NCBI RefSeq assembly: GCF_004010195.1
Contig: NC_057718.1
Location: forward strand, 4,507,620 to 4,532,556
Source of the DNA: Chiloscyllium plagiosum
Lineage: Eukaryota
Reading direction: 5' to 3'
DNA length: 24,937 bases
Shown: in pieces, positions 1 through 11,594 of the stretch
Layout of the letters: each line of letters begins with the position of its first letter
Numbering within the stretch: position 1 is the stretch's first letter
Translations under genes and position numbers: made by a program
Notes under the pieces: model-generated
What the model was told of the DNA's origin: nothing
The model's input: only the letters and a program-made list of their open reading frames with translations
Database searches by the model: none

Positions 1-455
1 CTCAACATCTGCCATGGGGAAGATGTTATTAAAAGCCATTATTAAAAATGTGATGGTCATGCACAGAGAAATTCAAAGCAATCAGGCAGAGTCAAGGTTC
101 CGTAGAAGGGAGATCATGTTTAACCCAACATAAAAATCCAAAGAACTGCAGATGCTGGAAATCAGAAACAAAAACAAAAATTGCTGGAGAAACTCAGCAG
201 GTCTGGCAGCAGGTCTGGAGGAGAGAGAGGCAGAGTAAACATGTCAGACCCAGTGACCCTCGTTCAGAACTGTTTAACCCATCCATTGGAGTTTGGTAAA
301 AGTAATATGTTCTGTGGATGAAGGGGAAGGTAAAGTGAATGGAGAGTCTTTACATTTCCAGAATGTACTTAATAATATGCCACATCAAAGGTAATTGTGG
401 AAAATATTGGATTATGTTATAGAGTGTAACACATGGATAGATTAAGGCAGGGAGG
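1..455 (+). mobile_element. Decayed CR1 LINE RT fragment, interrupted at 128-270
   Basis: Degenerate SQHGF/GRSCLTNL/LDFQKAFDKVPH-like sequence; boundaries approximate. Confidence 0.65.
128..270 (-). mobile_element. Penelope-like terminal fragment with 11-bp TSD TGTTTAACCCA
   Basis: TSD at 117-127 and 271-281; sequence related to 1020-1100 and 2050-2420. Confidence 0.75.
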
Positions 456-789
456 TGATTTGACTAATGGGCTTGATTTTGGAAGTGCCAGAGAGGGCAA
501 AAGAGAGAGGATGGGAAATGAGGAAAAGGATGTGAGGGAAGACAGGAGTGTTGATAGTGAACAAAGAAATGATTGTCTTCCAATGGGCAAGAAAGAGAGA
601 AGCAGGGTTAATGATAGAGAAAAGTTTTCTTTCTGGTCAGCAGCCTCCCACTTATCCACATTAAACATCACCTGCCAAATGCTGGTCCATTCACCCAAAC
701 CTAACTACATCCATTTGAAAATTTCTTAATCCTTCATTGCAATTTACTGTCCAACCTATTTCAGTGCCATCTATAAATTTGGGTCTCAG

Positions 790-1106
790 TCCCACCCCTC
801 GAACTCAGCACCACCTTCCTAACCTGCAATCTTCTTCCTGACCTCTCCGCCCCCACCCCCACTCCGGCCTATCACCCTCACCTTAACATCCTTCCACCTA
901 TCGCATTTCCAACGCCCCTCCCCCAAGTACCTCCTCCCTACCTTTTATCTTAGCCTGCTGGACACACTTTCCTCATTCCTGAAGAAGGGCTTATGCCCGA
1001 AACGTCGATTCTCCTGTTCCCTGGATGCTGCCTGACCTGCTGCACTTTTCCAGCAATACATTTTCAGCTCTGATCTCCAGCATCTGCAGTCCTCACTTTC
1101 TCCTAG
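790..1106 (+). mobile_element. Penelope-like terminal repeat with a minimal hammerhead-like motif at 979-1006
   Basis: CTGAAGA-A-GGGC-TTAT-GCCC-GAAA-CGTC followed by the gatgctgcctgacctgctg...ccagcatctgcagt tail typical of shark repeats. Confidence 0.7.
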
Positions 1107-3617
1107 AAACTTAACATCCCTGGTTATACAGGGTGGGCAAAAGCTGAGGAGGTGTAGTGGGCTCAGTCAAATAGAGTATCATTACCCTTGAGTGAGATAC
1201 AGTTTCTGAATTAGTATCTACTTGGTAGGAGGTGAGAAACAGGAAAGGAGCAGGATCTTGTTAAGTCTTTATTATAGAGTTCCAAATAATGGGGAGGAAG
1301 TAGAAAACATTTGTTGGCAAATTATGGAATCCCGCAGGACAGGTAGGATTGTGATAGTTGGTGATGTCAATTACCCTCAGACGGACTGGGGGAAAGGGTA
1401 GAGTGTGGGGGTACAAATGGGGAGAAATCTCTGCAATGTGTGTAGGTGAACTTTCCGGTCCTACCAGGGAGGGATCTGAGCTGGGTCTGGTCTGAGGAAA
1501 TGAGGCAGGCCGAGTGGAGAACGTCTCGGGGGGGGAGCATTTGGGAAATAGCAGTCGTAATAAAAGAAGGTTCAATATCAAGTTGGAAAAGGATAAAAAT
1601 CAGTCAAAGATTAAGATGCCAAACTGGGAAAGGGCAGATTTCAGGGGTCTGAAAATGGAACTGGAGCGTGTTGATTGGAAACACATTTTGGTGGATAAAA
1701 TAATGGATGAAGAATAGAATATCAAAAGGGTTGCAAGCTAGGTACATCCCATGGGGAATCCAAAGGTAATGACTAAGGATATTGATGGGAAAATAAGAAA
1801 GAAAAGGTGGACAAAATGGAATAATATTAGTGACAGAAATCAAGAAGAGTATCTCAAATGCAGACGAGAGGTTGCAGCTGGAATAAGGAATGCTAAGAGA
1901 AAGCATGAGGAAAGGATAGCAGGCTGTGCTCAAACAGATAGTTAAACGTCCTTCAAGATTTGTGAAGGATTGAGTGGGACCTACAAGGAACAATGAGGGT
2001 AAGCTGCCCACTGAAGCAAAGGATTTGACAGAGGCACTTAATGAATAAAAAATTTGAAAGCACTGTGGTTGCTGGTAATCAAAAACAAAAATAAATTGCT
2101 GGAAAAGCTCAGCAGGTCTGACAGCCTCTGTGGAGAGAAATCAGAGTTAATGTTTCAGATCCAGTAACCCCTTTAGCAGCCACCCAGGGTGACTGTTATC
2201 CACTCCTTTGTCCAACTATTCTTCTCTCTCTTTGGGCTCTATCTCCACCTATCATTTACTCCTCACCCCCTCCCCTTACTCTAGCTTCTGAATAGAAACC
2301 ATCTTTTCCCAAGCTACCATCAGTTCTGAGGAAGGGTCACCTGGACCTGAAACGTTATCTCCGATTTCTGTCCACACATGCTGCCAGACCTGCTGAGCTT
2401 TTCCAGTAATTTTCACTCATGTTCTAAATGAATATTTTGCTCCTGTCTTTACCAAATTAGAAGCTGTTGATAATGGCCCAGTTAAAAATGTGGGTGTTGA
2501 GCAACTGAGCAGTATTGTGATAGATAAAGATGAGGTGATAGCACTCTAGGTACAGATGTTGGTGGAACGGACTCAGATGGGACACATCCTAGATTGCGGA
2601 GATAGGCAAGGAATAAACTGCAGAGGTATTGACGGAAATTTTCCATGCCTCCTTGAACGCAGGATTAGTCCCAGAGGACTGGAAGATTGCAAATGTGACA
2701 CTGTTGTTTAGAAAGCAAAAGTTAATTCAGGAAACTACAGAGCTGTCAGCTTGACATCAATAGCAGGAAAACTGATGGCGGTTGTAATATACACTTAGAG
2801 AAAAATAAGTTAATACTGGACAGTCAACGTGGATTTGTCAAGGGCAGGTCATGTCTGACAGATTTCATTGCGTTCTTTGATGAGGTGATACAGTGGACAA
2901 GGGTACTGTTATCAATATTGCATATTTGAATTTTCAGAAAGCTTTTGGTACGATGCTATATGGCAGGTTGTTTAGCAGATTAGACACGTTTGGAATTGAT
3001 GGGTCCTTGGCAGCATGGAATAGAAGTTGGCTAAAAGGTAGGAAACAGAGGGTCAATATTGATGTGCATTTTTCACATTGGAGACAGGTTTGTTGAGAAC
3101 AAAGCCTCACAATTTGCAGCTGATCCTAAGCGAAGGAGGAGAGTGTATTGTGAGGATGTTGCCAAGTGACTTCACAGAGATGTTGACAATTTGGCCCAAT
3201 GGGTGGGCACCTGGCAGATCAACTTCAATGCAGAGAAATGGGCGGGAATGCATTTTGGCTGGAGAGACACAGAGAGACAATTCAGGTTCAATGGAGATGG
3301 GGGGGGGGGGGTACAGGAGCAGATTCATGTGCATGATTCTCTGAAGGTGACAAGGCAAGTTGAAACAATTGTTAAGAAGGTTTGTAGGATCCTTGGGTTT
3401 ATAATTAGAGGCAAAGAATATAACAGTAAGCAAGTAATGCTACACCTCTCCAAATCATTGGTCACACCTTGTGTAAGGAAGGATGTCAAAGCCCTGGAGA
3501 GAGTTCAAAAGAGATTTACTACAATGACACCTGGAATGAGGGATTTTAGACACAATGAAAGATTAGAGCAATTAAGCTTATCCTCCTTGGAACAGAGAAA
3601 ATTAAGAGGTGATCTGT
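1107..3617 (+). mobile_element. Decayed CR1 LINE ORF2 (endonuclease to RT and 3' region), interrupted at 2048-2426
   Basis: Fragments LNIPGY, PNWERADF, YLNFQKAF, WQINFNAEK and LERVQKRFT, with many stops and frameshifts. Confidence 0.85.
2048..2426. mobile_element. Penelope-like insertion with inverted terminal repeats and 8-bp TSD AATGAATA
   Basis: TSD at 2040-2047 and 2427-2434; ~2094-2172 is the imperfect reverse complement of ~2332-2411. Confidence 0.78.
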
Positions 3618-3780
3618 CAGTGTTTCATCTCGTCCCTATGGGCTTCCACTGACCTCACTCTCAAACCCTCCCAATGCTTCTCATCCTCTGCATTAGCAAG
3701 AGGGAGCCTGGCTGGACTCTGACTGTATAAGACCTCTTTCACAGGATGTGGGCATCTCCTGCTGAACCAGGATTTATTTC

Positions 3781-4448
3781 TGTGAGAAACGAATCTCACA
3801 CACTTCAATAATTTCAGTCCAAGACAAGATCTGAATCAGTATTGTCATTTATTTCGCTCTTGCAAGAGAGGTGTGGTGTCTACTGTGTACAAAGGCAGTC
3901 AGACACACACACACACTGAATTCAACTAGTACACAATATTTATGTAATTTGTTTCTCTTCTCTCCTCCCCTGTTTACATCTCCCACTTCTTTATGACCGG
4001 TGCCCATTACTCTTGTTTATTTCTTGCCTTATCCGGCCTTGTCTGTGACAAAATGCTTATTTCTGGCCTCACAAGGCCATTTGACCACATCCTGCTGTGG
4101 TCCATTGTTAGGTATATCCTCCCTCACTATCATCTGTTTCCCTTACTTGTTATGATCTTATAACCTCATGATTTCTTGATTGTGGTTTGTTCTTGTTTTT
4201 GCAGAAGCAGGAAATAGATGCTTATAACTACTGTTTGTGCAGGTATATCTAGCTTAACCCCCTCCCCTCACAGCACCTTATCTATTTGTCTGTAACATCT
4301 ACCATAACAATTATATATTTCCTTCACATAGTTTTCATTCTTGTTAACTCAGCTCTTGACTGAAACAATTATACACTGGTGTGAGTTCATTTACCTTGCA
4401 TAAGTAATTATGATTGCAGAAGTAACACTACTTTATCTATATCCCACA
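3781..4448 (-). mobile_element. Solo LTR (668 bp) with 4-bp TSD TTTC, inserted in a SINE/LINE tail fragment
   Basis: Minus-strand termini TGTGGGA...TCTCACA; TTTC at 3777-3780 and 4449-4452; AATAAA at 3853-3848. The flanks rejoin into the gatgtgggcatc...atttatt.ccc.tccctaat.gccc repeat tail. Confidence 0.8.
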
Positions 4449-4560
4449 TTTCCCCTCCCTAATGGCCCCTTAAACCCAGGGAGTCAATGGCGAAAGCTTT
4501 GCTAATCCACTGAGTACAATAATTAAACACACAGCTGTGATTCACGATAAACAATAGATA

Positions 4561-4566
4561 TTTATT
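4561..4566 (-). terminator. Polyadenylation signal AATAAA of the B7/BTN-like gene
   Basis: tttatt on the + strand, downstream of the terminal exon stop. Confidence 0.6.
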
Positions 4567-4714
4567 CTGTTAAAGTGTAATATTCTCTCTATTACAATCA
4601 GCCATTGCTGCTGGTTTCTTGTTCGGGAGGTCCAGGGTGAGACTGCCTGAATCTCTCTGACTGGTCACACCATGTTCTGGAATGTTCTCGAATTTCCTTC
4701 ATTTCTCCGCCTCC

Positions 4715-4743
4715 TCACTCAGCTGGTGAATAGGCAGTGTGAG
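4715..4743 (-). CDS. B7/butyrophilin-like gene, probable terminal exon coding part (AHTAYSPAE* if joined directly to the TM exon)
   Basis: Acceptor ttctgctgtttgtag| at 4744; phase-1 reading stops at TGA 4717-4715; AATAAA lies ~150 nt downstream. Confidence 0.6.
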
Positions 4744-4919
4744 CTACAAACAGCAGAACTGATGGTTACCCTGAGCAACACGCAAACTACAGCAGTACAT
4801 TGATTTGGGACGTTAGCTGTTTCCTAACTCGATTACACTCTCTATCTCCCTCACTCTTATTTGCTCACTCACACCGTCTTTCTCCAGTGTCTCTTACAAT
4901 TGTTCCCAATTACAATCCA

Positions 4920-5045
4920 CCTATCTATTTATCTGTTGTCAGTTCATTGGTCTATCCATCTGCTTATCTATCTTTCTATCCAGCTATCTGTCTGATTTCC
5001 TATCTGTGTATTAATCTATCTGTCCGTCTGTCTGTCCATCCCATC
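4920..5045. repeat. Degenerate (TCTA/TCTG)n microsatellite
   Basis: Directly visible. Confidence 0.7.
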
Positions 5046-5087
5046 CTTCTTACTTTCTTTTTAATATTTCAAGTAAAGTAGACCACA

Positions 5088-5156
5088 GTGGGTCTGGTAG
5101 TGTCTGTGGTGAGAGAAATAGAGTTAACGTTTTTGGTCAAAGACTTTTCATCAGAA
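5088..5156 (-). mobile_element. Short degenerate Penelope-like terminal fragment
   Basis: Minus strand ctgatgaaaagtctttgaccaaaaacgttaactc resembles the other copies. Confidence 0.5.
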
Positions 5157-5216
5157 TACTGTACAGTCTCTCTCTCTCTCATACTGACTCTTTGTCTCGC
5201 TCGCTAGCATTCTCAC

Positions 5217-5289
5217 AATTCTCTTTTTCTCAGGGGCTGTCCATGTTTCTTTCTCTCTGCCCTTTGTAGTTCCAGCATTTCTTCCTGAG
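5217..5289 (-). CDS. Possible optional cytoplasmic exon (AQEEMLELQRAERKKHGQPLRKRE)
   Basis: In frame with the TM exon via gacag|CT (or ggag|AT at 5313), with donor ATT|gtgaga. The polypyrimidine tract is weak. Confidence 0.35.
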
Positions 5290-5737
5290 CTGTCCCCCAC
5301 TCAGCACCAGGATCTCCACCATCGATGGGGTAAGGAGAAAGATCCATGCCCCCATCCAGAACACCATTGAAGCTCATGCTGTTAGTGCCAATCTGATCCA
5401 TAGAGCCAGCCATCCAACCAACTGGGCAAGCCCTGCCCCTCCCAGGTTGCTGTGGCACTGTTACAGGGTGTTGTAGCCTGAGCAGTGGGAGAGGGCCCAG
5501 CTTTCTGCCCAGCAAGTGGCTGAGCAGGAATCTCTCCTGCTCTCAGCTCCTGCCCTTGGAGGGTTTACAAGTTGCTCCTCAGCCTGTTTGACCACACTAT
5601 GACACATCTTCTTTCATCAGCAAACCTGGAATGGGACTTGAACTTGTAGCTTCCAGTTCAGAGGCAGGGACACTACCCACTGTATAACAACTTCCAGGAT
5701 TTGTAACATCTCAATAACATTGACTACCAAGACTAAT

Positions 5738-6059
5738 GCATGTGTATGTGTATGTGTGGAAGGTTGTGTGCAAATGTGTGTGTGTGAGAAAGAGAGACTG
5801 TAAGAGTGTGTGTGTTGCTTGTGTGCGTGTGTAAGAGATTCTGTGTGCAAGTGTGTGTGAGAGTGAGCCTGTAAAAGAGTGTGTGAGAGTATGTATGAGT
5901 GTATGTGTGAGAAAGTGAGTGAGTGAGAATGTCGGTGACTGTGCGAGATTGTGTGGGTATGTGAGTAAGAGTCAGTGTCAGTGTATGAGAGTGTGTGCAT
6001 CAGTGTGTGTGAGAGTGCGTGTGCGCCTGTCTGTATGTGAGAAAGAGTGTGTGTGTGTG
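5738..6059. repeat. Degenerate (TG/AG)n tract
   Basis: Directly visible. Confidence 0.9.
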
Positions 6060-6085
6060 GGATGAGCTGACACAGTTGACTGTAC

Positions 6086-6214
6086 CTTTCCTGTCCTTCT
6101 TTATCTGCCTGATGAAGGTCTTTGCTTTGATCACCGCTGCCACGACCAGGACGGCAGTGGAAACAATGGCACCGGCTGCGTACCAGTGTGACCGGATCTC
6201 TTTATACCGGGACG
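6086..6214 (-). CDS. B7/butyrophilin-like gene, transmembrane exon
   Basis: Acceptor cttgtttcttttccag|. Translation SRYKEIRSHW-YAAGAIVSTAVLVVAAVI-KAKTFIRQIKKDRK gives a hydrophobic span then a basic stop-transfer segment. Donor AAA G|gtacag; phase 1-1. Confidence 0.85.
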
Positions 6215-6782
6215 CTGGAAAAGAAACAAGATTCCAGAAAAGAGATTTCGCCCACGAGGAAAATTCACTCACCCTCAGAGACCAAGAGCAGACTCGTCGA
6301 AGGAATAGATAGATTCCTGTGGATATTCAGTATCTGGGATAGGCTTGGGACACGCTCACACACAGTGAGCAGCCCAGGCCCACACTGAGACTCCGAGCTG
6401 GGTAACACCGTCAGTCCCAGACTGGCCTCACACCAGGGGAGCTCCTTGGGCACCTTTAGGCGTGGCGAGAGTTGATTTTGGAAAGGTTGTGACCTGTTGA
6501 GGCCACATACAGGGAGCAGTTGTAAATGGCCTAGTGAAAACTATTCTGCACTGAGCAGTTACTAGGCTCCAGTTAGGACTCAAGAACACACAAAGTCATT
6601 GCTGTCTGCAACCAAACAGAGAGATTTGATTCTGTATCTACACATTCGACACACACTCAAACCAGTCTGAGCAAGCTCACAGACCTGGCTAAAGATTGAC
6701 CAGAGGAGATTTACATGACTCACCTCTTAAAGGGATACTGTCCCAACTTTAACACAAGTCAACTATAAGACATGCCAAATTC

Positions 6783-6838
6783 AACACGCACCAACTATAA
6801 CACGTACCAACTATAACACGCACCAACTATAACACACA
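6783..6838. repeat. 16-bp minisatellite CCAACTATAACACRYA, ~3.5 copies
   Basis: Directly visible. Confidence 0.8.
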
Positions 6839-6862
6839 GTGAAAGCCTGTGGGTGTACTCAC

Positions 6863-7147
6863 TCAGGACAGTGAAACGGTGAAACAATCCTTGTTCCAAC
6901 ACTGGGTTCCAGATGGTGCAGGTGTAGTTCCCACTCAGCCCAGCCTTCAGTTTGAGTGAGCTCTTCACAGACACACTCCCATCAGTGCTGTTGGTCAGCT
7001 CAGTGAGCAGGAACCGTGTCATGGTGTCACCCAGGTCATTGTGCCAGCTGACCTCCGGAGTGGGGTACCAGCCCGAGGACTGGCAGGTCAGCACCGAGCG
7101 CCCACCTCCTGTTACCCACGATTGGATGTACGGACCATAGCCTATAG
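6863..7147 (-). CDS. B7/butyrophilin-like gene, second IgC exon (285 nt)
   Basis: Translation AIGYGP...VLTCQSSGWYPTPEVSW...YTCTIWNPVL. Acceptor tttctctcctgtcag|, donor CTG A|gtgagt; phase 1-1. Confidence 0.9.
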
Positions 7148-7329
7148 CTGACAGGAGAGAAACACAGGATATCTTTAGAGACACCGCTTTGAGGCTGCCC
7201 TTTGCTGAGTAAAATGGGACAGGGTCACATCCTGGAGAATAGGACAGCAACCTCCCACCAGAACATCCTGGGCACTACACCTGCTCTCCTGACACTGGGC
7301 TGCAGCCCCACACAGATGGTCAACCTTTT

Positions 7330-7635
7330 AGGGGAGAAGATGGCCTCAAGGTATTATCGCTGGACTGTGAATCCAAAGACCCAAGTAATGTTCCAGGGAC
7401 CCAAGTTCAAATCCCACCACAGCAGATGGTAGAATTTGAATTAAATACAAATCTGGAATGAAGAGTTTAATGATGACCATGAATCCATTGTTGAAAAAGA
7501 CTCATCTGGTTCACTAATGCCGTTTGGGGAAGTAAACTGCCATCCTTACATGGTCTGGCCTATACATGACTCCAGCCCCACAGCAATGTGGATGACGCTT
7601 AGCTGTCCTCTGGGATGGACAATAAATGCTGGCTT
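7330..7635 (+). mobile_element. tRNA-derived SINE, SacSINE1/DeuSINE-like
   Basis: A-box-like tggcctcaagg, B box gttcaaatcc, body catctggttcactaatg and tail aataaatgctggc. Confidence 0.75.
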
Positions 7636-7949
7636 CATCTGTAACACTCTCATCCAATTAATAAATAAACACACCTTGGGGTGGGTTTAATTCTAGTCCT
7701 TTCTTGTCTCCCAGTCATCAGCACCGTTCCTTCCTTTGCCCCCAACCTGACCCTCCTCCCTTTTCTCTCTACCCAGGATGCACTGCAAAGTGCCAGATCC
7801 TCATTCCAATTGGGTCTCAATGGCCTTAGAGACAAGATCAAGGTTAACTACAATTGTGTAGAAGCTCAGGTCAGTTTTAATAATACAAGAGTATCTTGTT
7901 GATTGTTGAGGGGGGGGGGGGGGGGGGGAATGGAATATGTTATGGGATT

Positions 7950-8215
7950 TTAACAACAGATTGCTGGGACCATGTCTGCAGGGTCCTAAATTGCACAAGA
8001 CACAGCTCATAGGAAGGTCATGAGATTGCTTCCTGGGATGGCAGGGGTTATGTTGTAAAAAATGGTGGACCTGTATCCATTGGAGTGGTGAAGAATGAGT
8101 GGTGACCTCATTGAAACATGTAAGTTCCTGAACGGACTGGACAAGGTGCATACTGAGAAGATATTTTCCCAGTGTGGGTGAGTCAAGAACTAGGGACGTG
8201 GTTTGGAAAGAAAGG
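7950..8215 (+). mobile_element. CR1 LINE 3' fragment
   Basis: Contains agaatgagtggtgacctcattgaaaca (RMRGDLIE-like). Confidence 0.65.
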
Positions 8216-8595
8216 GTCTTGCCGCCTAAATAAGAGAGAGATGGTGAGTGGAGGAGATGGGGCGTGGCTGAGGAAGACCTCCATCTTGGATATCTTTCTC
8301 CCAATGCCTTAAATTTTTCCATTCAAAGGTGTATTCAGCAGCCACTATAAAGGTGGGAATGGCCAAGGGAAGGCAGCATTATTGGCCGTCCTGTCTTACC
8401 AATGAGATGTTCAATCCAAGCCAACCCCCTGCAACCCTCCCCTCCCCCAAGGGGCTGTTAAGATACATTTCAAGATGTGATTGGGGGCTGTTGCATTTCC
8501 GACACACTTCAGACTGATTTCACTTGGGCACATCCAGAGGGGGAGGTGAACGTTTCTACAGTAATGCAGTTCCTGTTGTGTTGTACGGTACTCAC

Positions 8596-8880
8596 CAGGC
8601 AGTGTATAAGTGGAAGAGATGCCCTGGTACAGTAGTGGGTTCCAGATTGTGCAGGTGTAACTGCCTTTGGAGCCAGTGGGGAAGGTCATGGCACTACGTA
8701 CCCGGACTGTGCCATTTCTGCTGTCTGTCTCATGGGTCTGGGAAGATTTGGTGATGTTCCGCCACGCGGGGTTTTGCCAGGTCACATTCGGTACAGGATA
8801 CCAGCCTGTGGACTCACAAACCAACACTGAGTCGTTCTTCTTTGTGACAAATGAGTAAAATCTGGGAGAACGGCCAATGG
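8596..8880 (-). CDS. B7/butyrophilin-like gene, first IgC exon (285 nt)
   Basis: Translation AIGRSP...VLVCESTGWYPVPNVTW...YTCTIWNPLL. Acceptor ttttctgtctcctggag|, donor CCT G|gtgagt; phase 1-1. Confidence 0.9.
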
Positions 8881-9050
8881 CTCCAGGAGACAGAAAATAA
8901 ATTCATTCTGTTAACAATCATTCCTTCAAGATTAAACAAAGAAACAGTGTCTGAACTATTAAAAATATACTGTGTCTATTTCTTTTCGCCAAGACTAAAC
9001 TAGGATAATTCATTTTACCGAGGGAGAATCAATCATTGCTCCTTAAACTC

Positions 9051-9805
9051 TCAGGACAAGGACAGCATGGGGTTAGAGATACAGAGGAAAGCTCCCTCTA
9101 CTGTCCCCATCAAACACTCCCAGGACAGGGACAGTGTGGGGTTAGATACAGAGTAAAGCTCCCTCTACATTATCCCCATCAAACACCTCCAGGACAGGGA
9201 CAGTGTGGGGTTAGATACAGAGTAAAGCTCCCTCTACATTGTCCCCATCAAACATTCCCAGGACAGGGACAGTATGGGGTTAGATACAGAGTAAAGCTCT
9301 CTCTCTACTGTCCCCATCAAACACTCCCAGGACAGGGACAGTATGGGGTTAGATACAGAGGAAAGCTCACTTTACTGTCCCCATCAAACACTCCAGGATA
9401 GGGATAGCATGGGGTTAGATACAGAGGAAAGCTACCTCTACACTGTCCCCATCAAACACTCCTGGACAGGGACAGCATAGGGTTAGATACAGAGGAAAGC
9501 TCCCTCTACTGTCCCCATCAAACACTCCAGGACAGGGACAGCATAGGGTTAGATACAGAGGAAAGCCCCCTCTACTGTCCCCATCAAACACTCCAGGATA
9601 GGGACAGCATGGGGTTAGATACAGAGGAAAGCTCCCTCTACTGCCCCCATCAAACACTCCAGGACAGAGACAGCATGGGGCTTAGATACAGAGGAAAGCC
9701 TCCTCTACTGTCCCCATCAAACACTCCAGGATAGGGATAGCACGGGGTTAGAGACAGAGTAAAGCTACGTCTAAACTGTCCCCCCATCAAACTCTCCTAG
9801 GCAGG
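9051..9805. repeat. ~60-bp tandem satellite, ~12 copies (caggacagggacagYRtggggttagatacagagKaaagctccctctacactgtccccatcaaacactcc)
   Basis: Directly visible; the ORFs at 9036-9401 and 9415-9657 are translations of this repeat. Confidence 0.95.
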
Positions 9806-11594
9806 GCTTGGATGGAGAGGAACGTGTTAAGTGTGCACAACAACATTTTCTAATTCAGTATGTGGATGCACCTACTGGAGAAAGTGCAAAACTTGACCTA
9901 CTCTTGGGAAATAAGGCAGGGGCAGGTGACTGAGGTGTCTGTGGGGGATCATTATGGGGCTTGTGACCAGAATTCTATTAGTCTTAAAATAGTGATGACA
10001 AACAATAGACAGGATCCAAAAGTTAAAGTTCTAAATTGGAGGAAGGCCAACTTTGATGGTATTAGGCAAGAAATTTCAAAAGTTGATTGTGGGTGAACGT
10101 TCACAGGTAAAGAGCTGGCTGAAAAATGGTAAGCCTTCAAAATTGAGATTACAAGAGTCCAGAGACTGTATGTTCCTGTTAGAATGAAAGGCAAGGCTAG
10201 TAGGTGTAGGGAATGCTGGATGACTAGAGAAACTGAGGGCTTGGTCAAGAAAAAGAAGGAAACATATGCCAGGTGACAGAGATCGAGTGAATCCTCAGAA
10301 GTGTATAAGTAGAGGTATACTTAAGAGGGAAATCAGGAGAACAAAAAAGGAGACATGAGGTAGCTTTGGCAAATAGTATTAAGGAGAATCCAAAGGGATT
10401 CTATAAATACATTAAAGACAAAAGAGTAACTCAGGAGAGAATAGGGCCCCTTAAAGAGCAACAAGGCAGTCTATGTGTGGAACCGAAGGAAATGGAGGAG
10501 ATACTAAGTGAGTACTTTGCATCAATATTTACTGTGGTGAAGGATATGGAAGATAGAGAACGTGGGGAAATAAATAGCATCATTTGAGTAAAGCCCATAT
10601 TACCAACGAGGAGATGCTGGACGTCTTAAAATGCATAAAGGTGAATAAGTCCTCAGAACCTGATCAGGCGTACCCTAGAACTCTGTGGGAAGCTAGGAAA
10701 ATGATTGTTCAGCCTCTTGCTGAGATATTTGGATCATCAATAGCCACACACAAAGTGTTGGAAGACTGGAGGTTGGCTAACATGGTGCCACTGTTTAAGA
10801 AAGGTGGTAAGGAAAAGGTGGGAACTATAGACCGGTGAGCCTGACATCGGTGATGGACAAGTTGTTAGAGGGAATCCTGAGGGACAGGATGTACATGTAT
10901 TTGGATAGGCAAGGACTGATTAGGGATAGTCAACATGGCTTTGTGCATGGGAAATCATGTCTCACAAACTTGATTGAGTTTTTTGAAGCAGTATTGAAGA
11001 GGATTGAAGAGGGCAGAGCGGTGGATGTGATCTATATGGACTTCAGTAAGACGTTTAATAAGGTTCCTCATGTCAGACTGGTTAGCAAGTCCACATGGAA
11101 TACAGGGAGAACTAGCCATTTGGATAAAGAACTGGTTTGAGGCTAGAAGACAAGATGGTGGTGGAGGCTTGTTTTCAGACTGGGGCTGAATAGGATGGGA
11201 CTGTTTTCGCTGGAGCGTCGGAGGCTGAGGGATGACCTTATAGAAGTTTATAAAATCATGAGGGGCATAGGTAGGGTAAATAGACGAGGTCTTTGCCCCA
11301 GGGTTGGGGAGTTCAAGACAGGTATATGAATAGGAAGGGTTTAGAGGGATATGGGCCAAATGCTGGCAAATGGGACTAGATTTAAGGAGATTGGAGACAG
11401 TAAGGACTGCAGATGCTGGAAACAGAGTCCATAAATGTGAAGCTGGAAAAACACAGCAGGTTAGACAGCATCTGAGGAGCAGGAAGGTCAATTGGGCCAA
11501 AACCCTTCATCAGGTTTTATATAGGATATCTGGTCAGCATGGATGAGTTGGACTGAAGGGTCTATTTCCATGCTGTATATCTCTATGGCTCTAT
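9806..11594 (+). mobile_element. CR1 LINE, 5'-truncated and internally deleted, with a (ctctatg)n-type tail
   Basis: KENPKGFYKYI, WRLANMVPLFKKG, SQHGFVHGKSCLTNLIEFFE and VDVIYMDFSK; jumps to the 3' region near 11180. Confidence 0.9.
11387..11513 (-). mobile_element. Penelope-like terminal fragment nested in the CR1 3' end
   Basis: ggactgcagatgctgga...gctggaaaaacacagcagg...cccttcatcagg. Confidence 0.7.

Noticed and set aside
4449..4545. Apparent polypurine tract (AGGGAGGGGAAA) and env-like peptide ITAVCLIIVLSGLAKL before the LTR
   Set aside because: The TTTC TSD and the rejoined repeat tail show a solo LTR, so the purine run belongs to the target sequence.
1..4700. B30.2 (PRY/SPRY) exon expected for a classical butyrophilin
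   Set aside because: None is visible; the region is retroelement-derived, and a stop plus AATAAA come earlier.
6521..6754. Short TGTAAA...TTTAACA LTR-like segment
   Set aside because: No convincing TSD or second copy in the window.
7330..7420. tRNA gene (also 14670-14745)
   Set aside because: The A/B boxes are SINE heads continuing into SINE bodies.
7910..7928. G19 homopolymer (possible G-quadruplex/i-motif)
   Set aside because: Ordinary homopolymer of unreliable length with no functional context.
9051..9805. CRISPR-like array or repeat protein
   Set aside because: Contiguous tandem units with no unique spacers, in a eukaryotic intron.
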